Below the pieces are notes generated by a model. That model did not search any database. It was given only the letters and a program-made list of their open reading frames with translations, and had not been told where the DNA came from. From positions 1-57,933 of the IMG/VR virus record IMGVR_UViG_3300028767_000024: DNA of 57,933 nucleotides. The stretch is one strand, 5' to 3'. The DNA is from a virus (taxonomy: Duplodnaviria; Caudoviricetes). Both the position numbers and the translations under genes were made by a program. This document shows positions 38,331 to 46,829 of the stretch, in pieces; the first letter of the stretch is position 1; the number at the start of each line of letters is the position of its first letter.

Positions 38331-39500
38331 CTAACGTCTTTCCTCAATCATTTCCATGACTGCCTGAGCTTGCGGACTCAGCTTGGCTTCCGTAGTCTTA
38401 ATTGGTGCAGGCTCGTCTTTTTTGATCGGGCTTGCATTGTTAGACTTCTGACGAAAGGCACTCTGTTCTTGTTCCCGAATGAATTTTTCGTGGGCCACAG
38501 AAATCTTCTTACGATTATTCACGTAAGCTAAATCCTGAACAGCTTCCCATAATTCAGCCTTACCTCTTTCTGTCGATAAGTCGTACTCACCTGACAGAAT
38601 GGTGTCGGAAATAAAATCTTCGTACTCTTTGCGTTCCTCGGAATTCATGTCGAGAACGTACTTGAATCCATCTGTAATTTCCAGTTCTTTCAGGTCGGCT
38701 GCCAATGCCTTGCTTATAGGGGCAAGATTCGTCCGCTTTGCAGCTAAGTCCTCCTTGCTGCGCAAACTTTCCTGCTCGTATTCTGCTAAAATATCGGTAT
38801 CCCCACTGACGGGTATCTGGATATCACCTCCAAGTTTGGATAAAACCTTTCTTTCTGCGGCTGCGGCATAATCGATTTGATCCTTGTCATCCTCTGACAA
38901 AGAATCGTATCCCTCAGTTACATTATCCGGGTCTAATCCCATGCTGCGTAATTTCAACCTTAGCGGGTTTCTGGCACCTACCGGGGCATCTAATCTTGCA
39001 GCAAGTTCTAACACTTCGAGTGACGGTAATTCAGCGATGTTACTGTGTAACACCTTGCTTATAACAGCTTCTTTCCCCTTGTATTCTTCGCTTTTACTGA
39101 GCTGGGCAACTTTATAGGCTGCCTCATCAGGGAAGTACGAGAGGATATTTTGAGATGATTTGATTTTTTCGACTAATTTCGGAATAAGTTCGATATGTTT
39201 CTGCGCTGATTCCAGATTCGAGAACTTAGCCTTAAATGATTCTACCTCGGCTTCTGTGGTAAATTCCATGCCAAACAGTTTACTGGCAATGGCTAATTTC
39301 TTTTCTACGGGAAGTTTGTCGATGTCAACTTCCGGCTGTGCAATTTCTTCTACTACTTCGGCTTCAGTTTCCTGAACCTGCTCCTCGGTCTGTTCGACAA
39401 CTTCTTCAGTCTGTTCTTCGACCTGTTCCCCGGTTTGCTCCAATACTTCTGTTTCGGTTTGGGTTCCGAGATTGTTTAAATAATCTTCTAATCCTGGCAT
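38331..39500 (-). CDS. capsid scaffolding protein
   Basis: Highly acidic E/Q/T N-terminus, helical, between portal and MCP. Confidence 0.6.
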   Translation of the reverse strand: MPGLEDYLNNLGTQTETEVLEQTGEQVEEQTEEVVEQTEEQVQETEAEVVEEIAQPEVDIDKLPVEKKLAIASKLFGMEFTTEAEVESFKAKFSNLESAQKHIELIPKLVEKIKSSQNILSYFPDEAAYKVAQLSKSEEYKGKEAVISKVLHSNIAELPSLEVLELAARLDAPVGARNPLRLKLRSMGLDPDNVTEGYDSLSEDDKDQIDYAAAAERKVLSKLGGDIQIPVSGDTDILAEYEQESLRSKEDLAAKRTNLAPISKALAADLKELEITDGFKYVLDMNSEERKEYEDFISDTILSGEYDLSTERGKAELWEAVQDLAYVNNRKKISVAHEKFIREQEQSAFRQKSNNASPIKKDEPAPIKTTEAKLSPQAQAVMEMIEERR

Positions 39501-39510
39501 AAATTTATTT

Positions 39511-41937
39511 TTAAGTTTGTTGCGTCATCATTTGTTGTGGCATTTCTGCCGGTTGTGCTTGTTGTTCTTGTGGCTGAGGCGACCCTTGTGCGCCTTGTTG
39601 AGGCATGCTGCCTAATCCTAGCATTTGATCAGGTGTTTTTCCCCACTTAACAGTAAATTGACTCCACCACTCACGATTTAAAAATTCCATATTGTAATCT
39701 TGATCCTGCTTGGCGGCCTGCTGTTTCATTACTTCAAGCTGTTTCAATTGGTCGTTCTGAGCCTTGATAGCCTCTAATTTGGCTGCCTGTTGCTTTTCGG
39801 ATTTCTTTTCCATCATATATCCAAGCACCATTCCAATACGGCGCAGATTTTGGCGCTGATGAATCATGTCCATTATATGAATTCCCTCTGCTATATTACT
39901 TGGACTTCCATCGGGATTAGGTGCCATAAATTGCTGCACCATCGCCATAATATTTCTTTTTTCTTCCGTAATGTCCTGAGCCTCAATGGTTATGCCATAA
40001 GATACATGATTCTTTTCTGCATCGAGTACGGCCTTCATTCTTGTTTCTCCAATTACCTCGGCATAAGAATCTGCTATGACTTTATTCAAATGACAATACT
40101 GCCTGATCCGGTAGCATACATTTACCGAAACATCTTCCTGTAAATCGGTCACTGCCCTGACGATATTATTGATAATCTCATTAGTGCCCTGAACCGAAAT
40201 CTGCATGTTGAATTTGGCTACGTTCGGGTCAGCCTGTTCTCCTGTCGAGATTCCTGAAATTCCAGAAGTGGTTTCAATTAACGACAACTCTTTTGACATT
40301 GCCTCGAATTGAGCGCGAATGTTTTCGTGAGATGAATTATTTATTGGAATAACCGGCGGTGAAGCTGATCTCCCAAAGCCTGATAGTGAATTGTTTTTCT
40401 TGTATAACAGAAATGAACTCTGTTTGTAGAATTTTAACACTTCAAGCGCATCCCAACTTTTATCCTTACCGATGGATATTTCTTTCAATGCACCCACATC
40501 AACAGCAAATCCATTGGCTATTGCCTGTGCGATTGCATGTTGTGCCTTAATCCATGCCAATTGAAATCCTTTCAAGAACGGCTTAATCTGTACAATAATC
40601 GGCGTAGTTGCCAGCATAACACCGCGATAACTCAACCTTGGCATTCCAAATTTATCCTTGGCGATATATTCACTTTTACCCCAATCAAATACATAATCAG
40701 TACCGACTACCCACGAACATTTACGGACGTACCTGATCTGATTATCCATTAATGTTTCGTCATCATGTACTTCTCCGCGATATTCTTTTTCTCTTCTTCT
40801 TCCGAACTGATCAGTAAATCTCAGGTATTGCTCATTGTCAATATCAATCCATTCTGTGCTGAATACCGGTATCTTAAAGGCGTCAAAACTTGCATAAGAT
40901 GATGATCCCTCTCCAACTTGTTTATTGTAGTTTTCCCATCTATCCTGGGTAGGGTTTCCGTATTGCCCAGCATAAGACCTTGCCAATGCTGATGCGTCTT
41001 CCCATGATAAACCCAATCGTTGCCGGATAACAGATATCTCGATCAAATCATTGTCGTACCCAAATTCCGAGTTCTTAAATGATTTCCTTGAAGAAAACTG
41101 CATCCCCGAATGTGCGATGTCCTTATACTCAACAACAACACGGTTAATCTCTCTGTCGAATCTCTCCCTGATAATTGCATAACCATTAGTCAAAAGATCA
41201 TCCTTAACCTTTTCTGCAACCTCTTTATCCCAATCAGAAATTTCAAAGGTGTGCTTAATCAAATCTTCCATCGCAATCGAATACGGCACCCTGATACCAC
41301 CATTAGCGGCATAAAGTTCTAATTCGTCAAGATTGCGGGGCATGAAGTCAGGTTCGGATACACCTATACCTGCTGCTGCCATTTGGGAATCAACCCATTT
41401 CTGATTTTCTTTATAAAACCAAAGTTTATATTTTTCTGATTCCTCAGTTTTGATCGAGAATGAATCAATAGCACGAACAGCCATTTCGTAATACATAGAC
41501 CGGCTGTGCTCATTTATTTTAGTCTTGATTTTTGGGGCAACGCTTACGGGCGATAAATCCAAGTTCGCCCAAGCTTTTCTTCCTGATGATGGAGTCTGTC
41601 CGTTAATGTCGCGTACATCCTTTCCTGTTGCATCAAAGGCGCTCTCAGGAGTAGGATCATTACTTGTGCCAAATATTAAATCAACTGCAAATCTTGTGTC
41701 GTGAGTTCCATTTGACCATCTGCGGTTTTCTTCAATCGTATTTCGGGTAGCAGTAGTCATCCATGTTCTCCCGTTCAGGTGAAGGTTGTAAATTTTCTCA
41801 CACCACATCTTATGGTACTCTTCTGTCTTTTTATCGACAGGGATATTTTGATCAGGATAGACGAATGACCCTTCTTTGTAGTGGGCTTCCTTTTGAACTT
41901 TTAGTTTCTCGTTAGTCTTAATAACTGCCATGATCAA
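39511..41937 (-). CDS. portal protein
   Basis: 808 aa after TerL; WANLDLSPVSVAPK, ELELY, VRKCSWVVGTDYVFDWG, TTSGISGISTG, Q-rich tail. Confidence 0.85.
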   Translation of the reverse strand: MIMAVIKTNEKLKVQKEAHYKEGSFVYPDQNIPVDKKTEEYHKMWCEKIYNLHLNGRTWMTTATRNTIEENRRWSNGTHDTRFAVDLIFGTSNDPTPESAFDATGKDVRDINGQTPSSGRKAWANLDLSPVSVAPKIKTKINEHSRSMYYEMAVRAIDSFSIKTEESEKYKLWFYKENQKWVDSQMAAAGIGVSEPDFMPRNLDELELYAANGGIRVPYSIAMEDLIKHTFEISDWDKEVAEKVKDDLLTNGYAIIRERFDREINRVVVEYKDIAHSGMQFSSRKSFKNSEFGYDNDLIEISVIRQRLGLSWEDASALARSYAGQYGNPTQDRWENYNKQVGEGSSSYASFDAFKIPVFSTEWIDIDNEQYLRFTDQFGRRREKEYRGEVHDDETLMDNQIRYVRKCSWVVGTDYVFDWGKSEYIAKDKFGMPRLSYRGVMLATTPIIVQIKPFLKGFQLAWIKAQHAIAQAIANGFAVDVGALKEISIGKDKSWDALEVLKFYKQSSFLLYKKNNSLSGFGRSASPPVIPINNSSHENIRAQFEAMSKELSLIETTSGISGISTGEQADPNVAKFNMQISVQGTNEIINNIVRAVTDLQEDVSVNVCYRIRQYCHLNKVIADSYAEVIGETRMKAVLDAEKNHVSYGITIEAQDITEEKRNIMAMVQQFMAPNPDGSPSNIAEGIHIMDMIHQRQNLRRIGMVLGYMMEKKSEKQQAAKLEAIKAQNDQLKQLEVMKQQAAKQDQDYNMEFLNREWWSQFTVKWGKTPDQMLGLGSMPQQGAQGSPQPQEQQAQPAEMPQQMMTQQT

Positions 41938-44270
41938 TAGTTATAAGTAGTTGCGCCTAAGCTAAATACCTCATCTGAATCACCGAAATCTTTCGACATG
42001 ATCTCAGCATAAGGGCTTTCATCCCCAAATAATGCCTCGATCACAGCAGAAAGTCCATCATACCCGGTAAGCTGTTCCATTGAGGATATTTCATCAGCTT
42101 CTTTCATCCACTCTTTGACCTTCTGAATTCGTGAGTGAAATGTAATAAAATTTCCTAATAATGCGAATCCATCCTTTTTATTTTCTGGTCCCATGTGAGT
42201 TCCCGGTTTTGCAGCCTTTCTCATGTCTCCCTGTGCAGATATTTCTACGTCATAATTCAGGTATCCGCCCATTCTCCATTCGATCAATCTTTCCCATACT
42301 TCTGATCTGTTGCGCTCACAATGTATCAATCCTCCATAGTAAATAGCTGCCATTAAAGCCTCGTTTGCAGCTTCTATGGATGAAGATAGCCTTTCCCGAA
42401 AGAATGCCACAATCTGTCTTGTTGTCCATTCTGCGGGATTATCGGACTTATCAATTTCCTTATCGCGTTTGCGTAAAACACAGATACCGGTGTCAGATTT
42501 TTTAGTATGACCGCCCTTAATATGAACTGCTTCTGCATTATTCGAAAATTGAGCAGGGTCTAATCCTACGATAAATTTAGGATCAGCAGGTCGGTTTACA
42601 AGTATCTCATCATCTTCAATCGCACTGTAATCCATCATTGACGACATCCTGTTTGCTGTTCCATAAGGCATCTCGTAGGAAATCACCCATCGACCATCTG
42701 CACATTCGTTGAACCCAACAATATAGTGCGCTTTGTCAATCCAATAGAAATTACCTCGCTTGGATTGAGATTTATTTTCAAGTTCGATAATTTTTTCTCT
42801 GAGCTTGTCGTTATCAAGCCCCAACTGTCCCGATACTCCTGTCCAGCACTCATCGTAGTCTTCGGGGAATTTACGGACAAAACTCTTTAGGTCACTCATC
42901 TTCTTCGGATCATCGGGCACGTTTAAATCCTTGCGTTTATTCCGAATATAAGCCGAGCTCCCAATTCTGCTTTCGAAACCTGCCTGAATCTGTCTTGGAG
43001 TTGGTTTCTCATAAACAGGATTGCCCCATGCATCAATAAATCCTTCCAAACAAAACGAACTTGGCATATAACAAAGGGATAATCCAGACGTTGTTTGTCC
43101 GTCAGCTTTTCTCTGGTAAAAATTTGAACTGTCTGCCATCTCCTTAAAATCTGCCCCACCCTCATTCATTTGTTCTACCGTGGATGGGTGCATGCAGAAT
43201 CCGATAATCTTTGATCCGCCACCAAGAGACATTGTTTCTTTGTTGATCTGCCAACGTGTTTGTACATTTCCGGTTCTCTTTCCTTTACCTTGTTCGTCGT
43301 ATCCTGCCGCAAGTATCATTTTTCCGTCATTAGCGAGGTCTTCTGCTGATTCGGTATAGTTTATCATGCAATCAAGAGTTTCGATGTCTGTGGGCATAGA
43401 AGCGGTAAATTCTAACTGTTTGACCACATTCATTCCACCCTTCCAAATTGGCTTAAGGAATAAATACCAACTATTCCAGGCGGGAATCAGTTTCTTCCTA
43501 AAATGTGTTTCTGCGTTTTCTCCTCCAAGGCTCACGATAGTGCCCAATTTATCGGCACCACGCTCACTTGTCATTATCCGGGTTATGATATGGCAGTATT
43601 CATTTGTCAATCCTCCGCGCCTATCTTTAGGCTCAATAGTTCCGAAGAATGTTCTCTTTCCTACATCTGCCATCCGGTAAACAAGTTTGCCATTTTCGTC
43701 CATAACCTTATAAGCAATGCCTTCTTTATCCAAGTCAGCAAACGTTTCGGTAGTATTCCAAATGTAATGGCGAAACAGGAAGCGGTATAATCCCTTTTTA
43801 CGATACTCAGGATATTGATAACCCTTCTCGGTTGTCATTCGATGAATATTCAGATATGAAAAATACCAACCCGGAATGAACGTAGGCTTACCGTCAATAT
43901 AACACCAATACCCGTAATTCATGAAGTAAATGAATCGCTTAATAAAGTTGATTTCATCTACGTAATTATTTCGGTCAGCTTCAAGTGTATTCCAATACGC
44001 CTGTAATATGTTTACCCCATTAGCCGACCTTACTGAATCCTGAAAGTCGCGTAGTATTTTCTTTTGAAGTGCCATCAATTTTATTGGCATCTCGAATCTA
44101 TTGAATTTTTGATCGTCAGGATGTAACCCAAATCCGTCAATTAGTGAAAGTTTTGGTGGTGCAGGTAAACTTATACGAATTGGTCGTAAATTCTTGGAGT
44201 TGAAGTTTACGACAAAAGACCGGTCTGCATCGGTATAAAGTGGGGAATATTTGCAGTAGTCATCGCTCAT
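41934..44270 (-). CDS. terL: terminase large subunit
   Basis: GYWCYIDGKPTFIPGWYFSYL; Walker A-like PKDRRGGLT; Walker B AGYDEQGK; RKFP; RNase-H-like IVGLDP; IHCERN. Confidence 0.9.
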   Translation of the reverse strand: MSDDYCKYSPLYTDADRSFVVNFNSKNLRPIRISLPAPPKLSLIDGFGLHPDDQKFNRFEMPIKLMALQKKILRDFQDSVRSANGVNILQAYWNTLEADRNNYVDEINFIKRFIYFMNYGYWCYIDGKPTFIPGWYFSYLNIHRMTTEKGYQYPEYRKKGLYRFLFRHYIWNTTETFADLDKEGIAYKVMDENGKLVYRMADVGKRTFFGTIEPKDRRGGLTNEYCHIITRIMTSERGADKLGTIVSLGGENAETHFRKKLIPAWNSWYLFLKPIWKGGMNVVKQLEFTASMPTDIETLDCMINYTESAEDLANDGKMILAAGYDEQGKGKRTGNVQTRWQINKETMSLGGGSKIIGFCMHPSTVEQMNEGGADFKEMADSSNFYQRKADGQTTSGLSLCYMPSSFCLEGFIDAWGNPVYEKPTPRQIQAGFESRIGSSAYIRNKRKDLNVPDDPKKMSDLKSFVRKFPEDYDECWTGVSGQLGLDNDKLREKIIELENKSQSKRGNFYWIDKAHYIVGFNECADGRWVISYEMPYGTANRMSSMMDYSAIEDDEILVNRPADPKFIVGLDPAQFSNNAEAVHIKGGHTKKSDTGICVLRKRDKEIDKSDNPAEWTTRQIVAFFRERLSSSIEAANEALMAAIYYGGLIHCERNRSEVWERLIEWRMGGYLNYDVEISAQGDMRKAAKPGTHMGPENKKDGFALLGNFITFHSRIQKVKEWMKEADEISSMEQLTGYDGLSAVIEALFGDESPYAEIMSKDFGDSDEVFSLGATTYNY

Positions 44271-44968
44271 TGGTCGCCTATGAATTTTAAAACAGGAATC
44301 TCATAATTTGATCCATAAGGGGTAATATCAACGACAGGTTCTCCGCGCTCTTTTTTAGTTATCAACTGTTCGGGACGAAGATCAAGACTTTTTCTATATG
44401 AGTCTTCGTAGAGCAAATTAACCAACGTTCGATCCTCCATTCCTGAAAATATTTTATAATTTAACTTATCAATATCTTCACGTATATCTTCCGCATTTTG
44501 TTTTGCTTTTTGTAGGTCTGACGGCTTATCGTAGTTATATTTCTGTAAATCTTTCATTACATTATAATACATTTCGTTGTACACCGAATGCATCAGCCAA
44601 TCTGAATCCCACTGTATGAATAGGTATAACATTATCAAGTCTGAAAATTGCGGATTCTTATTGAATATTATCGACTCAGACTCTACAGTAAATTTAAGTA
44701 GATTCCCATCATTAATCGTTGGAAATCCGGCTCTGATAGCACTTTCCTTTTTTTTCTGAATCCACCTAGACTTAAATTCTATGGCTATATGCGAATTCTT
44801 ATCATACGCAAATACCATATATCTCACAAGCATAGGAATAGTTATCCCAAGTGGCGGATCAATTTCTGAAACCAAATCACTAAACCCTCTGTCCAAATTA
44901 TATAACTCACTAATAATGTCATCATCAGTAGCGCCTGTTTGGATTAGACATCTTCCGTTTCCTGCCAT
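44267..44968 (-). CDS. hypothetical helical protein, possible terminase small subunit
   Basis: Coupled (ATGA) immediately upstream of terL; function inferred from position only. Confidence 0.4.
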   Translation of the reverse strand: MAGNGRCLIQTGATDDDIISELYNLDRGFSDLVSEIDPPLGITIPMLVRYMVFAYDKNSHIAIEFKSRWIQKKKESAIRAGFPTINDGNLLKFTVESESIIFNKNPQFSDLIMLYLFIQWDSDWLMHSVYNEMYYNVMKDLQKYNYDKPSDLQKAKQNAEDIREDIDKLNYKIFSGMEDRTLVNLLYEDSYRKSLDLRPEQLITKKERGEPVVDITPYGSNYEIPVLKFIGDQ

Positions 44969-45002
44969 AAATTATCGTTTTGTCAAAACTAATAAATATA
45001 TT

Positions 45003-45820
45003 TTATATTTCACATACACTATTATCCGGGAAATTTAACCGAGCAAAATCACCGCGCAATTCACGCACACGCTGGTCAAATGCATGAGCAGCGTCTATTT
45101 CATTATCGAAATATCCTAAATGCAATTGCTTACCATTATAATGTAACCACGCCCTCCATCGCCCATCTCTTTTAAACCATGAAACTCCCCTATATTTTGA
45201 TGTAGCCAATTCGTGTTTTAGCCCAGTGCACGTTTCAGATGCCCTGTTTTTATCTTCGTCTGTCCAAACCCTCCTTAATCCGCCTATTCTCAACTTTTTA
45301 TCCTCGTCACTTAAACTTTTCCAAAATTCAATATGAGAATCACTTAGTCTTTTTTTTGCAATTTCAGTGGCGTGACCTCCGGTTAACTTTATTGACGCTT
45401 TAGCTGCCGCAATCCGCCTACTTTCTTTAGATCTTTGTTTTAGTGCAATAATAATTTTATCAACCGCTTCCTTTTTATGCCTCCATCCGGCAGGACTACC
45501 ATCTCCGCCCTTAGTCCCATTGGTTAAGTTTTCTCCGTAGCTGATATCCAGTATCGTTCCCTTTCCTGCCATTCCTGCCTGCGAACCTTTTCGATAATGA
45601 TCAATTCAGGGTATAAGTCTAATTTCATCAATTCGTTCAACCATCTTGATTTGCGCGTGTTCGTATTTGCTTCATATCGATGGTCAGTAAATCTTTTTTG
45701 GGGATGTATTGATTTCCCAACATACCTAATTTCGCCGGATATAGGGCACTTTAGTCCATATATAAAACAATAATAATTAACCAAACCCCCTTTTTCTTCA
45801 TTGATTTTTAGCTTATCCAT
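45003..45820 (-). pseudogene. GIY-YIG homing endonuclease with NUMOD3-like and AP2 domains, frameshifted at ~45540
   Basis: FIYGLKCP..IRYVGKS..RFTDH..ERERYWIS in one frame continues as YGENLTNGTKGGDG..SKYRGVSW..WRAWL..LHLGYFDNEIDAAHAFD..ARLNF in another. Confidence 0.75.
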
Positions 45821-45832
45821 TTTTTTTAAATT

Positions 45833-45922
45833 AAAAACCCACAACCAGAGGAACGAGCTCCGGCAATGGGTTTCGTGAGTTATTACTAACTCAATATCTT
45901 CATGTAAATCTCGTTCATTTAC
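45833..45922 (-). ncRNA. candidate structured leader RNA C (kissing loop + terminator-like hairpin)
   Basis: GTAAAT-GAACGAG-ATTTAC; TGAGTTA-GTAA-TAACTCA; AAACCCATTGCCGGAG-CTCGTTC-CTCTGGTTGTGGGTTT-TT. Confidence 0.6.
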
Positions 45923-45926
45923 CCGA

Positions 45927-45934
45927 CCAAGATA
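45927..45934 (-). promoter_or_regulatory. Bacteroidota -7 promoter variant
   Basis: TATCTTGG (1 mismatch to TAnnTTTG) directly before leader C. Confidence 0.45.
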
Positions 45935-45970
45935 TAAAACTATTTTCAAAATCTACGCTCATATATAAAT

Positions 45971-45996
45971 AAAAAGGCATCCCGAAGAATGCCTTT
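45971..45996 (-). terminator. intrinsic terminator
   Basis: AAAGGCAT...ATGCCTTT hairpin with T-tract on - strand after 46017..46739. Confidence 0.65.
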
Positions 45997-46016
45997 AAAT
46001 ATGAGATCAAATAAGA

Positions 46017-46739
46017 TTACTCGGCAGCTACAGTCAATGAGACCGTCCAGTTTTTACTTGTGATGCCATCGCTTGCAACTAATGCGTACACAACAGGTGT
46101 GGCAAAGCTGTTACTTGTGGCAGCACTTGTCTGCGCGGTAACTCCGATATTGGTAGACGATGATCCGCCGGTGCCGCTCCTCGTCCAAGTTGCGACCTGT
46201 GTGGTGCTTGTGCCAAATGGGGCTGTCAACGATACGGTTTTTGCAGCAACATTTATCGAGCTTGTGCTTCCGACCACAGGAATTGTAAATGTCAAAAAGT
46301 CAGCAGCATTACTTGCAACCAAAGTTGCTAACGTGCTATTGATATATTTCGTTTTGTTCTTAAACTGCCCGTCAGCAAAAATAAATGCAACTGCGGCGGT
46401 TTTAGTTCCTGAAATGTTTACGTAGGTATCTTTCAGTGAAATAAGATATTTCTCATTAAAAGATGTTGCAGTGGTTACGCCGGTAGTAGTGTCAAATACG
46501 TTGACGGTAAGCAAGGTAATTGCCGAATCGGTAGCGACCAAAGAATCAACTGCTGCCTTATTAACCGTAAGCGTAAGCGACTCTGGCTCCCAATTAGATG
46601 TAGCCTCATTCACATATCGAACTACGGCATAACCGGCCGAATTCTGATAATAATACACAATATTGCGAAGATTAATCGCAATTGTCTCGTTCGGAGTGAC
46701 CGATATTCCATTCTTTGAACTAACTGTTACTGTTTTCAT
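46017..46739 (-). CDS. putative head-decoration protein with C-terminal Ig-like (DUF5018-like) domain
   Basis: AADFLTFTIP..SINVAAKTVSLTAPFGT..NSFATPVVYALVASDG..WTVSL; own promoter and terminator. Confidence 0.6.
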   Translation of the reverse strand: MKTVTVSSKNGISVTPNETIAINLRNIVYYYQNSAGYAVVRYVNEATSNWEPESLTLTVNKAAVDSLVATDSAITLLTVNVFDTTTGVTTATSFNEKYLISLKDTYVNISGTKTAAVAFIFADGQFKNKTKYINSTLATLVASNAADFLTFTIPVVGSTSSINVAAKTVSLTAPFGTSTTQVATWTRSGTGGSSSTNIGVTAQTSAATSNSFATPVVYALVASDGITSKNWTVSLTVAAE

Positions 46740-46780
46740 TTTATAAAATTTACGTCACATACTTTATTGTCTGGACAAAG

Positions 46781-46788
46781 CAAATATA
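46781..46788 (-). promoter_or_regulatory. Bacteroidota -7 promoter element
   Basis: TATATTTG on - strand, intergenic. Confidence 0.6.
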
Positions 46789-46829
46789 AACTTTTATTTC
46801 AGAAATACAAATACGACTTAACCTATAAT

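Noticed and set aside
45524-45545. Programmed -1 ribosomal frameshift in the GIY-YIG gene
   Set aside because: No X XXY YYZ slippery site or evident stimulatory structure
45821-45949. N-terminal extension (TTG start) of the GIY-YIG ORF
   Set aside because: It runs through the promoter and leader hairpins; the ATG at 45820 with an A-rich leader is more plausible
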